From: Zestosphaera tikiterensis
Lineage (GTDB): Archaea; Thermoproteota; Thermoprotei_A; Sulfolobales; NBVN01
Direction of reading: 5' to 3'
Assembly (NCBI GenBank): GCA_003056265.1
Contig: NBVN01000002.1
Span: 300,001-332,000 of the forward strand
DNA: 32,000 bases
Shown in pieces: positions 1 to 8,605 of the stretch. The notes under the pieces were generated by a model that saw nothing but the letters and a program-made list of their open reading frames with translations, was not told where the DNA came from and ran no database searches. The position numbers and the translations under genes are program-made. How positions within the stretch are numbered: the first letter of the stretch is position 1; each line of letters opens with the position of its first letter.

Positions 1-1463
1 ATTACTACGAGGTACCTTGCTTCAGCAGCGCTTGGAACTTTGAGCTCTATCAGCTCTCTGAGCTTGTTTAGCGTGCTTGAGGATATGTAGCCTCTTCTAT
101 CAGCTCTTAGTGCATGCACGACGAGGAATATTCTGTCGCTCCTAATATGTATGAAGTCTATCTGAGGCCCTCTTTTTCTCCTCCTTCCCTCCGATACGGC
201 TCCCTGAGCCTCCTTGGAGTACGGCAGTTCCAGCCCGAGCGCCCTAATCGACTGATCCCTGTACACCTCGATCCCGCGATCCTGCCTGTAGACACCATGT
301 TTTTGAAGTACTTGTTCAACTGCTTTGAGGATCGCATCCTTAACGATTTCTGGATCGGGTTGCGACATGCTTTGACTCCTGAGCTCTTCATAGAATTTCG
401 AGAGCTTTTCTGCGAGCACCCTTATATTTCTGTCTCTTAGGAAGCCCAGCAGGAGCTCTGCTATGCCCAGTCCATTCAGTGATGCAACTGAATAGTTGGG
501 GTAGGATAAGTAGCTACCGCCTTCGTGGACCTCAGCAATTATCCTCTCACTGAGGCTTGCTTTTGGAAGACTTGAAAGTGTGAGCACTGCAAGTCCGTGC
601 TTATATTTTCTGACCTCTTCAAGCAGGCTGGAGCACTCGCCACCAGACGCGTTTGTAATGTAGAAATCAGCTATGCTTGCAATGACTTCGGCCAGCTCAT
701 TGATGCGTTCAAGTCTGCGAAGCCTTGACCAGTATGCATCTAGGTTTACTATGCTTGCACCTCTGAACAGCTGGACGAATTTTCCCCTTGTGTAGCTGTT
801 TCTAAACGCGCTCTCTATAGATTCCTCTGGGAACTCTCCGAAAAACATTTCAGCCCCAGGCGCCTCAGCAAGGCAGACCTTCAATATCTGAAGAGTTGTA
901 GCTCTCTCAGCTGTAATCCGCTCACTCTGGAGGGCTAATATAAGCATGAACCTCCCAGCATACTTGTTTACCATAGGCACGAGCTTATCTCTTATATATT
1001 TGAGGGCTTCCTCTTCTGCTTCCGCAAGGTCGTCGAGTGCTAAGGCTATTCTGGCTGTCGGCGAGTTCTTGAGTGCGGTTTCAATCTTTTCGACAGTGCT
1101 CCTCAGAAAGTCTGCAGGTGCTCCCTCTTTTTTCATGCTGTTCTGACCTTCCCTGCCACCTTTTTCAGCGGTCTGCTCACCGAAGTTCACATATTCGAGC
1201 TTCCAAGAGCCTGAAAGATAGTGCTCTATGTACCTTATTACAAGAGTCTTTCCGCATCCTCTTCCGCCAAGGATCACAATAATGTTCTTGCCCAGCGCGC
1301 CCTCCCTAACCAGTGCCTGGAATATTGGGTTCTCGTCGAGTTTCTTCTTAAACATTTCCTTGATCTGCTGGAAGGATTGTCGCTTCGTCGCATCCTCCAG
1401 GAATTTGACTACCTTATCCAGCGTGCATACTCCACTGTCAGACACCACGGTTCCCACCCCCAT
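1..1463 (-). CDS. AAA+/P-loop ATPase of the archaeal ATPase (Arch_ATPase-like) type. The C-terminus runs off the window.
   Basis: Absent from the ORF track because it has no stop inside the window. Hand translation of the minus strand from ATG at 1463 (MGVGTVVSDSGVCTLDKVVKFLED...) stays open to position 1 (487 codons). Walker A GGRGCGKT is encoded at 1245-1268. The start overlaps the upstream ORF stop by 26 nt. Confidence 0.7.
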   Translation of the reverse strand, partial: MGVGTVVSDSGVCTLDKVVKFLEDATKRQSFQQIKEMFKKKLDENPIFQALVREGALGKNIIVILGGRGCGKTLVIRYIEHYLSGSWKLEYVNFGEQTAEKGGREGQNSMKKEGAPADFLRSTVEKIETALKNSPTARIALALDDLAEAEEEALKYIRDKLVPMVNKYAGRFMLILALQSERITAERATTLQILKVCLAEAPGAEMFFGEFPEESIESAFRNSYTRGKFVQLFRGASIVNLDAYWSRLRRLERINELAEVIASIADFYITNASGGECSSLLEEVRKYKHGLAVLTLSSLPKASLSERIIAEVHEGGSYLSYPNYSVASLNGLGIAELLLGFLRDRNIRVLAEKLSKFYEELRSQSMSQPDPEIVKDAILKAVEQVLQKHGVYRQDRGIEVYRDQSIRALGLELPYSKEAQGAVSEGRRRKRGPQIDFIHIRSDRIFLVVHALRADRRGYISSSTLNKLRELIELKVPSAAEARYLVV

Positions 1464-2943
1464 ATGTTTCACCGCTGTTCTCCCAAATTTTCTTTACTAT
1501 AGAAAGGAACTGCTGGGGAAGAATGAAGAGTGAGTCGTATCCTTCTCCTCTAGGCAGGAGCCTTAGCAAGGGTTTCTCCATTACTGAAGTCTGCACTCCC
1601 CTAATCCGGGCTCTGATCATGAATGATAGTGAGGCGTTGAACATTGTGAGCTGGCTGGACGCGTAGGCTGAGACGAGGGGCTTTCCGCTGTACTTTTCAA
1701 GCCTTCTGAGGATGTCTGCCTCCTTCCAGAACTCCAAGATCTCTTCTGCGACTTCTCGAACACTCACAACAAAGTCGCCTCGCCTCTCCTGCTTGTTGAT
1801 GAGCCTCAGCACCGCTACAGCTATGTCTGCTGGTGTAACCGGCATGTCCTTGCTCGCCCTCCCGGTCTCTACGGCGTACTGCATGAAGATCGGAGATAGC
1901 AGGATGAAGGAGGCAAGTGCTGAGGCCTCGCCTGCAAGCGGGCCCTTCTTCGGTCTTATCATGTCTGAGATTCTAAGCCTTACTGGGATTCTGCCTCCCT
2001 CCTTTGCCTCTCTGTGCTCAGCAAGCCACGCGAGCCTCTGTATTTCTGCAATGTAGACTGTCGCTACATACGTGAGGATCTCGTCGTTCAAGAACCACTC
2101 CCAGCGCTCCGGTTTGGGCTCGCTCCACCTCAAGAGCTTGACAAAGAGGAGCGCGTTCTGCAACTTGTTTATGTACTGTCCCCTCAGCTCAGCGCACCTG
2201 CTGAGCAGGGCTTTTGACAGCTCGTACTTCATGTACTCGGCGTCGCCTTCATGGCCTACTATTTCACCTGCAAGAGCCTTCTCTACTCCTTCTGTAAAGG
2301 ATTCAAACTCGCGCTTCCTCGAGTACATAAGGTAGTGGAACTTGAAGACGCCCTCGAACACCTCCCTCTCCATATAGATGTTTATCCACCACAGGAGTGG
2401 GGCAACTTCAAGGAGCTTCTCCATACCTCCCTCTAGCTCCTTAACAGCCTTCCTAACTGCTGAGGTTGCTGCTGTCCCGCCTGCACTGCCCGTCTTAGTT
2501 GTCAGGATCTTTCTAATAACGGGTGCAGAGGTGCTGAGGTCGGGGAGCCTCCATGGGAGGGACTCACCAAGTCCTAAGCCGATTTCTTTTAGCAGGTTTG
2601 TGGATGCCAGGAACATTAGGAGCGCCTCCCAAGCTCGCTCAGCCTTCTCGTGAACGAGCTTGTCTGGAAGCCCCTTAGAAACCGTTTTCCTGTATACACT
2701 GCTGAGGGCCTCAGCCACTAGTGAGCCGACAACGTTCCTGTACATGCTGAAGGTCCTAGTGTCCTTGCCCATGTCTCCAGTAGATATGTAGATTGATGCC
2801 TGCCTCCCGAGGACTTCAAGCCACTCCTCTTTCTCTAGAAGGGGCTGTACGAACGCCATATCAACGAACGGGTCGGTTCTCAAGTGCTCGACAAGCCTTT
2901 TAGGCTTCTTCACCGCCATCAGTCGCCACCCCTGCTGTCCCAA
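1438..2943 (-). CDS. Hypothetical 501-aa protein, middle gene of the three-gene cassette
   Basis: Long ORF in the track, overlapping both neighbours (25 nt upstream, 26 nt downstream), which suggests translational coupling. No P-loop or catalytic motif that I recognise. Confidence 0.6.
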   Translation of the reverse strand: MGQQGWRLMAVKKPKRLVEHLRTDPFVDMAFVQPLLEKEEWLEVLGRQASIYISTGDMGKDTRTFSMYRNVVGSLVAEALSSVYRKTVSKGLPDKLVHEKAERAWEALLMFLASTNLLKEIGLGLGESLPWRLPDLSTSAPVIRKILTTKTGSAGGTAATSAVRKAVKELEGGMEKLLEVAPLLWWINIYMEREVFEGVFKFHYLMYSRKREFESFTEGVEKALAGEIVGHEGDAEYMKYELSKALLSRCAELRGQYINKLQNALLFVKLLRWSEPKPERWEWFLNDEILTYVATVYIAEIQRLAWLAEHREAKEGGRIPVRLRISDMIRPKKGPLAGEASALASFILLSPIFMQYAVETGRASKDMPVTPADIAVAVLRLINKQERRGDFVVSVREVAEEILEFWKEADILRRLEKYSGKPLVSAYASSQLTMFNASLSFMIRARIRGVQTSVMEKPLLRLLPRGEGYDSLFILPQQFLSIVKKIWENSGETYGGGNRGV

Positions 2944-3422
2944 CTTGTATCGAAGAAGATCCTCCTATAGCTGGAGAGGGCTCCTATATAGTTTTCAGTG
3001 CTCTCCTCAGCTACTCGAAGCTCCCTCATGTATTTCTGCCTTTCCCGGAGGAGGGCTAGTGGATCCCCATGCAGGCCGAGAACAGCCTTCAGCCTCACCT
3101 GTTTTTCACTGTACTGATATGGGGCTGAATACGGTTCTCCGCCAACCAATATTCCTACGCCCAGCCTTTGGGCGTGATTCAGCAACCGCTTGAAGTCCTC
3201 ATCATCCTGTGAAGGCTCGTCCTCTATATTTATGAAAACTGAATCGTACAGCTTAGACTCCACGTATTTGATGGCCTGCCCTATCTCCTTTAGCGCGACA
3301 CTAGAAGTTCTCTTGCTCTCCACAGCAACGACAATAGGGATGAGCATTACTGCTTCAACGTCTGGACCGTGAGAACCTCTCGAAGTCCACATCATTCGTA
3401 GGTATTCGACTTTGTTAGACAA
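2919..3422 (-). CDS. Hjc-like / PD-(D/E)xK nuclease-fold protein
   Basis: 167-aa ORF with a TTG start. SRGSHGPDVEAV-x7-VVAVESKR fits the G..PD...E-x-K core of archaeal Holliday-junction-resolvase-like nucleases. A GGTGA Shine-Dalgarno (SD)-like element lies about 7 nt upstream. Confidence 0.55.
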   Translation of the reverse strand: MSNKVEYLRMMWTSRGSHGPDVEAVMLIPIVVAVESKRTSSVALKEIGQAIKYVESKLYDSVFINIEDEPSQDDEDFKRLLNHAQRLGVGILVGGEPYSAPYQYSEKQVRLKAVLGLHGDPLALLRERQKYMRELRVAEESTENYIGALSSYRRIFFDTSWDSRGGD

Positions 3423-3459
3423 CTTTCGTCACCGTTAATCTATTTTTGTCAAACTCCCT

Positions 3460-3466
3460 TATAAAT
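3460..3466 (-). promoter_or_regulatory. TATA-like box (TTTATAA on the minus strand) for the three-gene cassette
   Basis: About 40 nt upstream of the TTG start at 3422, which leaves room for a short leader containing GGTGA. Confidence 0.35.
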
Positions 3467-3635
3467 CTTTCGCTCCGAATCCAGAAGGGGCAGGAACGCG
3501 CCTAAGAGGAAATAGTTCGCCCCCAAGAGCCACTAAGGGTGGCTTAAAATCCGTCAAACTTCTGCCAGGCTTCAGGCTGTTGGAGCCGCTGTAAAGCACT
3601 GCCCGAGGAAAAACAAGCCTTCCTCCATGCACGCT

Positions 3636-4172
3636 TCAGCTGGGCTCGCGCAGTTCTGTCACGATCTTCTTCCAGTCTTCCCGCTTCCTCTTGAGCACTC
3701 CAGAGCTCGCGATGAAGTGTAGTGTCTTAGTGAACTCTCCTATGCCCTCGAACTCAACCTCTGGCAGTCCAACAGTAGGCTGGGTGGCTCCCCTAGTCTT
3801 CAGGTAGGCTTCGAAAACCCTTCTCCTGTACTCCTCGTCACCGGGGTGCCAGTAGCCTAGGTACTTGTTCACTGTGAGCTTTAGAGCCTTCCTGTCGCCG
3901 AGCCTCCCATCAACTTCGAGCATGCGGTCTTTTTCAAGCCTGTCCTCGAACTTCCTCTTGTCGGCGTAGCCTGCTATGTACGCCTTTTCCTTACCTTCGA
4001 GAGCGAACTTCGCAAAGTAACCTAACGATTGGGTGATGCTGAGGCGTATTGAGTTGGCTGTGATGTCGTCCGAGCAACAACTCCCCAGAACGTTATCTAT
4101 GTATTTAACGCATTCCTTAAGCTCCTCAAGCATCCCCTCTATCTCTTTCTTCTTCATGAGGTTTAGGATCAC
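3636..4172 (-). CDS. Hypothetical protein (178 aa)
   Basis: ORF track. Preceded by a degenerate copy of the element motif at 4199-4214. No recognisable domain. Confidence 0.5.
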   Translation of the reverse strand: MILNLMKKKEIEGMLEELKECVKYIDNVLGSCCSDDITANSIRLSITQSLGYFAKFALEGKEKAYIAGYADKRKFEDRLEKDRMLEVDGRLGDRKALKLTVNKYLGYWHPGDEEYRRRVFEAYLKTRGATQPTVGLPEVEFEGIGEFTKTLHFIASSGVLKRKREDWKKIVTELREPS

Positions 4173-4198
4173 AGTTTAATCACCCCTTAGCTTCAGAA

Positions 4199-4220
4199 CA
4201 AATCTACACTAGAACTAGAA
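4199..4220 (-). repeat. Element motif copy A (degenerate): CAAATCTACACTAGAACTAGAA
   Basis: 15 of 16 positions are identical to AAATTTACACTAGAA of copy B on the plus strand. Lies 27-42 nt upstream of the 3636-4172 gene start. Confidence 0.5.
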
Positions 4221-4227
4221 AAAGAAG

Positions 4228-4596
4228 TTAAGCTTGAAACGCACGTTTAAACGCCCTCTCCACAGCCTCCCTATGACTCGATAAGTGAGCGAAGAGCTTC
4301 GTTAAAACCTCCTCTAAAGCTGCGTCGTATTCAAGGTTGGACTTGTTCCCCAGCTTCCTAACGGCTTTAAGTAGTGAGTTGATTGCTGTTTCGATGTAGT
4401 CCTGATCCTCTATGTTCGTAAGCTCTAAGTCGTGGAGGGCTTCAACCCTAACGTATCCATCTAAAGGGCCTACGTAGCAGTAGGAAACACCTTTAGTTTC
4501 GGGGTTGTAGTGCCTATAGTAGACGTACCTCCTACTCCCTATCTCCCTCACGACCTTAGACCCGCTCCTACCGCATTTAGGGCACACGCTGTCCAT
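4228..4596 (-). CDS. Zn-ribbon protein, function unknown (122 aa)
   Basis: The N-terminus has CPKCG followed by a YVYYRHY...YCYVGP beta-rich segment, then a helical tail. The element motif lies 15-30 nt upstream of the start. Confidence 0.5.
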   Translation of the reverse strand: MDSVCPKCGRSGSKVVREIGSRRYVYYRHYNPETKGVSYCYVGPLDGYVRVEALHDLELTNIEDQDYIETAINSLLKAVRKLGNKSNLEYDAALEEVLTKLFAHLSSHREAVERAFKRAFQA

Positions 4597-4610
4597 CCTT
4601 AACCACCCAC

Positions 4611-4626
4611 AGAGTAAATTTACACT
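4611..4626 (-). repeat. Element motif copy B: AGTGTAAATTTACTCT (minus strand)
   Basis: Identical 16-mer to copy C. Lies 15-30 nt upstream of the 4228-4596 gene start and is followed by CACTAGAA. Confidence 0.7.
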
Positions 4627-4672
4627 AGAAAGCTAATAAACCTACCGTCTAAGGACATACTCTGTCTCTTGT

Positions 4673-5671
4673 ATGAAACACAGGACAACCCCACTTAAGT
4701 CAGCACTAACTAATAAACTGTGTTTACCCATTATGATAGGGGTCACAACGAGCTTGAGCCTAGTGAAGAGGGAAAAGGTGAACGTAGGCGTTATTCTTAA
4801 TCTATGTAGAGAATTGGTGTCACAAACGAAGCTCGTTGGACCTGAGGTCGTAGGATCTCTAGGTGAGTGTGCTCTCGAGCTATACTTGAAGGAGCTCTGC
4901 GAAGGATGCGACGCTCTTGTTGATAACAGAACTACCCTTCGGAGGTATTTCGCGGTTTTCGATCTGGAGCTCAAGAGATGGCTCTATGGTCCGGAGACCA
5001 CCCCCACACGTGAGAGGCTATTATATCTAAGCGACTTTCTGTATAAAGCATTGAGGAAGGGAGAGACTTGGATACACTTAAGGCCTATATTTGAAGTAAG
5101 TATGTTCATGCCTGAGGGTAGGGGATGGAAAGGTTTGAACTTAGACCACCACGTTCTCCCTCTTTCGATTGAGTCAGCATTATCGAGACTTCTGAAGGAG
5201 AATCTTGAGAGGTACAGAGATCTAATCTTGGAAGGTATTAAGAAGCTTGTTGCTGGATTGTTTGATGATATATTAAAGAACTGTAGTTATATAATAGGTT
5301 TAAGCAACGCATCGATGATTTTAAGCCATGGTGTTGCCGACGTTCTCTGCCTCCGTGTATCTAAAAGCCATTACAGGGGTGAGCTACAGGTATATGTTAA
5401 ACTCACCAATGCTTCTCAGATCACAATAGGGTCAGTGAAGGTACCTGTAGACGTGGTTATAGGTGATGTAGTTCGGATTGTAGCTATTGAAGTTAAGACT
5501 TCGACGATAGAACCCGATGTAGATCTTGGTTTCGCTATAGAGTTTAAGCGTAGGCTAGAAAAGCTGAAGGAGGATCTTAAGGTTCCAGTAGATGGTTATT
5601 TAGTACACGTTTACCACGACATAAAGCAGGAAGTAGCCTTTATAAGTATCTACAAGATGCTGTTGCAATAG
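4673..5671 (+). CDS. Hypothetical protein with a C-terminal PD-(D/E)xK-like nuclease motif (332 aa)
   Basis: GVADVLCL ... VRIVAIEVKTS resembles the D...E-x-K signature. Divergent from the 4228-4596 gene. The true start may be internal. Confidence 0.5.
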   Translation: MKHRTTPLKSALTNKLCLPIMIGVTTSLSLVKREKVNVGVILNLCRELVSQTKLVGPEVVGSLGECALELYLKELCEGCDALVDNRTTLRRYFAVFDLELKRWLYGPETTPTRERLLYLSDFLYKALRKGETWIHLRPIFEVSMFMPEGRGWKGLNLDHHVLPLSIESALSRLLKENLERYRDLILEGIKKLVAGLFDDILKNCSYIIGLSNASMILSHGVADVLCLRVSKSHYRGELQVYVKLTNASQITIGSVKVPVDVVIGDVVRIVAIEVKTSTIEPDVDLGFAIEFKRRLEKLKEDLKVPVDGYLVHVYHDIKQEVAFISIYKMLLQ

Positions 5672-5945
5672 CTCGGAAACTGAGGAAACTTCATAAACCT
5701 CACCCGAAGGGGTAGACCCTGCGGGTAGATGTGGGCTTCAGGCAAATAAGGACGACCACCAACCCCAACAAGCCGAAGGAGAAAGACCCTCTTCCGCTTA
5801 CGGTTTAGTGGAAGACCACTTCCACAAACACCCTTGAAGAACCATAGGCAACCACGGCATACTGCACTAGTACTAGTATATACTTATAATAGAGTAGTAA
5901 GGGCTTGACGGCGGTTTCTCTGATTTGCGGTCGGATCCTTGTGTG

Positions 5946-5961
5946 AGTGTAAATTTACTCT
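5946..5961 (+). repeat. Element motif copy C: AGTGTAAATTTACTCT (plus strand)
   Basis: Identical 16-mer to copy B on the opposite strand. Upstream of the putative HTH mini-ORF. Confidence 0.7.
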
Positions 5962-5997
5962 CTGCTAAGCTTATCAGAAACTAGGTTTTCTAACGAC

Positions 5998-6117
5998 TTG
6001 AAGATCCTAGCACAACATAGTAAGGGGTTATCAATTAGAGAAATAGCTAGGGAGGTGGGGCTCAGTAAATCAGCAGTCCATAAAAGACTGGAGAAAATAC
6101 TTAAAAAGAAAGAATGA
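5998..6117 (+). CDS. Possible 39-aa helix-turn-helix mini-protein
   Basis: Hand-translated from a TTG start: MKILAQHSKGLSIREIAREVGLSKSAVHKRLEKILKKKE. GLSIREIAREVGLSKSAV is a classic HTH pattern. The element motif lies 37-52 nt upstream. The ORF is below the track size cut-off. Confidence 0.3.
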   Translation: MKILAQHSKGLSIREIAREVGLSKSAVHKRLEKILKKKE

Positions 6118-6176
6118 ATACACGTTTAAGTAACGATTAACCACACTACTTACGGCTTAATTTAAGTAGTTAGGTT

Positions 6177-6422
6177 TTGCGGGGATGTTTTAGGTATATC
6201 TTTTATATTCTAGGATGGCCTATTATATTGGGGGATATCTTGAGTTACATAGACTTAAGTAAGTGCGTTAAGGTTAAGATATTAAAGTTGAGGAAAAAAC
6301 CGAAGGGGATTGACGTTAGAATACCTAAGGAAGTCGCGGATAAGATGAATTTAAAGGATAAGGAGAAGGTTGAGGTATACGTAGACTACGCAAACGGCCT
6401 CATAATATATAAACCGTTTTAA
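6177..6422 (+). CDS. AbrB/SpoVT-type DNA-binding domain protein; N-terminal start uncertain
   Basis: The C-terminal IDVRIPKEVADKMNLKDKEKVEVYVDYANGLIIYKP fits the swapped-hairpin AbrB/MazE pattern. The N-terminal 25-30 aa of the track ORF look non-genuine. Confidence 0.45.
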   Translation: MRGCFRYIFYILGWPIILGDILSYIDLSKCVKVKILKLRKKPKGIDVRIPKEVADKMNLKDKEKVEVYVDYANGLIIYKPF

Positions 6423-6500
6423 GGTGGTGTGGTATGGCTGTAGCTTCACTGTGGCTACAAAGGCTATCCAAGCCCGCGAGGGCTCAGGTGTTGGGTTTAG

Positions 6501-6851
6501 ATGTTAAGTTTTTTGAGTGCGCTGAGTGCGTTGATGTGCCCGAGAATCTTGGAGGTGGGGGTTGACGTGAGTACGCAGAGATCGTGGACAGCCATAGTTC
6601 TGGAAGCGCTTAAAGAGCTTAGAGCACATGAAAGAGCTGTTTCCGTAGGTGAGCTCTACGAGGCTGTGAAGAAAATCGCTCCAGCAGAGTGTGATGACAA
6701 GAATGCGTATGCGCACGTCGATAGAAGAGGGCGGAGGAGGGTTGAGCCTAGGTGGAAGCGCAACGCGAGAGACGCACTATTGAAGCTCAAGCGGAGAGGA
6801 ATGGTGAGCAGGGAAGGCAGGAACGCGTGGAGGCTTGTCAGCACCCCCTAG
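6501..6851 (+). CDS. Winged-helix protein resembling the Mrr_N-type wHTH domain
   Basis: WTAIVLEALKELRAHERAVSVGELYEAV ... PRWKRNARDALLKLKRRGMVSREGRNAWRL. The likely true start is GTG at 6567, preceded by GGAGGTGGGGG. Confidence 0.5.
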   Translation: MLSFLSALSALMCPRILEVGVDVSTQRSWTAIVLEALKELRAHERAVSVGELYEAVKKIAPAECDDKNAYAHVDRRGRRRVEPRWKRNARDALLKLKRRGMVSREGRNAWRLVSTP

Positions 6852-7524
6852 CATCTGTGTGATGTTTGCATATGTCCGCGATGGGACACTCGCGACAGCG
6901 GGGGCTCCTAGCTCTGCACACCTTTCTCGCGAAATCAAGCACGCCGTAGTTGAAAGCCCTCGCTTCCTCACTATCCTTAGGCACTAGCATCTTTGCGAAA
7001 GCCCACATCGTGTCGTCTTCGTGTGGTCGCTTCCTAAGAGGTTTGACACCGAAGACTCGCTCGATAACTCTGATCATGTTCCTGTCGAGAAGGGGCTCCG
7101 GTTTGTCACAACCAACTAGGAGAACCTCGGATGCCGTATACCTACCAACTCCCGGCAGTTTTTCGAGCTGGTCTTCGGAGCACGGCACCTTGCCTCCGAA
7201 CTTTGTCTGCACTTGCCTTGCCAGCTCCATCAGGTGCTTAGAGCGCTGATGCTCAATCCCCAGAGGCCTTATAAGCTCTCTCACCTCGTCCTCGCTTGCC
7301 AGGAGGAGAGCACACGGGGTTGGGAACCTCCTAATAAACACCTCGTATACCTTGGCGACCTGCTTCACCGAAGTCTTCCTAAGTAGGAAGGTAGCGATAA
7401 GCACGAGCCAGGGGTCTTTTGTATTCCTCCACGGGAGTTGCTTGTCGCCGAACTCTTCATACCACTTAACGATTCTTCTAATGAAAACGCTCATTTTGTA
7501 CTCTAAGTCCTTGCTAATCAGCAA
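6838..7524 (-). CDS. HhH-GPD / [4Fe-4S] DNA glycosylase of the EndoIII/MutY superfamily, Mig-type (T:G or U:G mismatch glycosylase)
   Basis: HhH motif LPGVGRYTASEVL, catalytic-Asp region LLDRNMIRVIERVFG, and the exact C-x6-C-x2-C-x5-C cluster (CRARSPRCRECPIADIC). Tyr occupies the position of the EndoIII catalytic Lys (GVGRKTA) and of the MutY Ser. Confidence 0.8.
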   Translation of the reverse strand: MLISKDLEYKMSVFIRRIVKWYEEFGDKQLPWRNTKDPWLVLIATFLLRKTSVKQVAKVYEVFIRRFPTPCALLLASEDEVRELIRPLGIEHQRSKHLMELARQVQTKFGGKVPCSEDQLEKLPGVGRYTASEVLLVGCDKPEPLLDRNMIRVIERVFGVKPLRKRPHEDDTMWAFAKMLVPKDSEEARAFNYGVLDFARKVCRARSPRCRECPIADICKHHTDARGC

Positions 7525-7563
7525 CGCCTACACCTCGGCACTTCAGCATAATATTTATATTCC

Positions 7564-7585
7564 CCCCTTAAATCCTGTTAAGGGG
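7564..7585. promoter_or_regulatory. Perfect 8-bp inverted repeat, CCCCTTAA-N6-TTAAGGGG (operator-like or 5' leader hairpin)
   Basis: Lies 18 nt upstream of the ATG at 7603, downstream of the AT-rich ATAATATTTATAT box in the divergent glycosylase/endonuclease intergenic region. Confidence 0.4.
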
Positions 7586-7602
7586 TTGCGGGGTTTCGCA
7601 TA

Positions 7603-8598
7603 ATGTCAGCGGGCTTTACAGGCATCGACGTGACCGTACCCAAGGATAAGTACCTAGAGATACTAGGCTTCACCATCTATACATATCTGGCTGGAAGGAT
7701 AACGGCGTACAGCGGGATAATGGGTGGTAAAAGGTCGCTGGGAGAGTATATAGAGAACTTTATTTACGGTAAAGTTGCTGAGGTAGCGCTTCAGACCTTT
7801 CTAGTAAAAGAATACGGATTAGAAACCTTAACGGATCTAGACATAGCCGACTTCGTGCTGGGAGAGTACCTTCCAGACATCATTGCATTTAGAAGAGATG
7901 AAGAGTACGAGCAAGCACACTTCTGGGTAGAGGTAAAGGAAGTGCGCAGAGATCAGAAGTGGCTTCTGATACCGGCGTCTGCTGTAAGAAGCAGACCATA
8001 CGACGCTTATGTAGCAGTTTGGGTGGGTCTGCCTGATGAGCACATCGCATGGCTTGTTAAGTACGTTCCGCAGGTAGAGAAGGTAATGGGTGAGGGCTGG
8101 AAGAAGAGGCTTGCAGAACTGGAGGAGATAATTACTAACATACCGTGCAAAGTAATAGGCTTCGTGCCGTGGGGTGATGTTGAGCTAGTGATTAGAGCGA
8201 AAGAGAAGACTCTAGAAGCTGGAAGAGCCCTAGATGCAAAATACGGTCAGAAAGCATGGCACTACTTCTCCGGCAATGAGAAGCTGTACGATCCAAGCAA
8301 TCCATCCTGGAAAGGATCGCAGGTGAAAGAAAACGTAGGGTTCTTTCTAGGCGGATTAGCTAGGAGCTCAGACTGGAGTGCTTTTATCGACCTCATGCTA
8401 AGAAATCAGAGGCTTGTAGAAAAGGTGCCTATAGAGAGAAAGAGCAGGAGAGATGTTCCGGATATCTGCAAAGCGCTTTCCTCAGACGATTTCCGAGAGC
8501 TCTTTGAGAAGTGCCTCGAGCATCAGCTAAGAAACATCAAGAGTCGCTACAGGTCTATAAAGAGAGATACCAGCTGGTTCCAGCAACCCCTCCGCTAA
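7603..8598 (+). CDS. Candidate type II restriction endonuclease (PD-(D/E)xK)
   Basis: LPDIIAF-x13-FWVEVKEV fits PD...E-x-K. The gene is tail-to-tail with the C5 methyltransferase (7-nt gap) and has no other recognisable domain. Confidence 0.5.
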   Translation: MSAGFTGIDVTVPKDKYLEILGFTIYTYLAGRITAYSGIMGGKRSLGEYIENFIYGKVAEVALQTFLVKEYGLETLTDLDIADFVLGEYLPDIIAFRRDEEYEQAHFWVEVKEVRRDQKWLLIPASAVRSRPYDAYVAVWVGLPDEHIAWLVKYVPQVEKVMGEGWKKRLAELEEIITNIPCKVIGFVPWGDVELVIRAKEKTLEAGRALDAKYGQKAWHYFSGNEKLYDPSNPSWKGSQVKENVGFFLGGLARSSDWSAFIDLMLRNQRLVEKVPIERKSRRDVPDICKALSSDDFRELFEKCLEHQLRNIKSRYRSIKRDTSWFQQPLR

Positions 8599-8605
8599 GA
8601 CGAGG

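Noticed and set aside
114-1533. Several 60-108-aa plus-strand ORFs and the 158-391 minus-strand ORF
   Set aside because: All lie inside, and out of frame with or antisense to, the uninterrupted ATPase reading frame that carries a Walker A motif. They are shadow ORFs.
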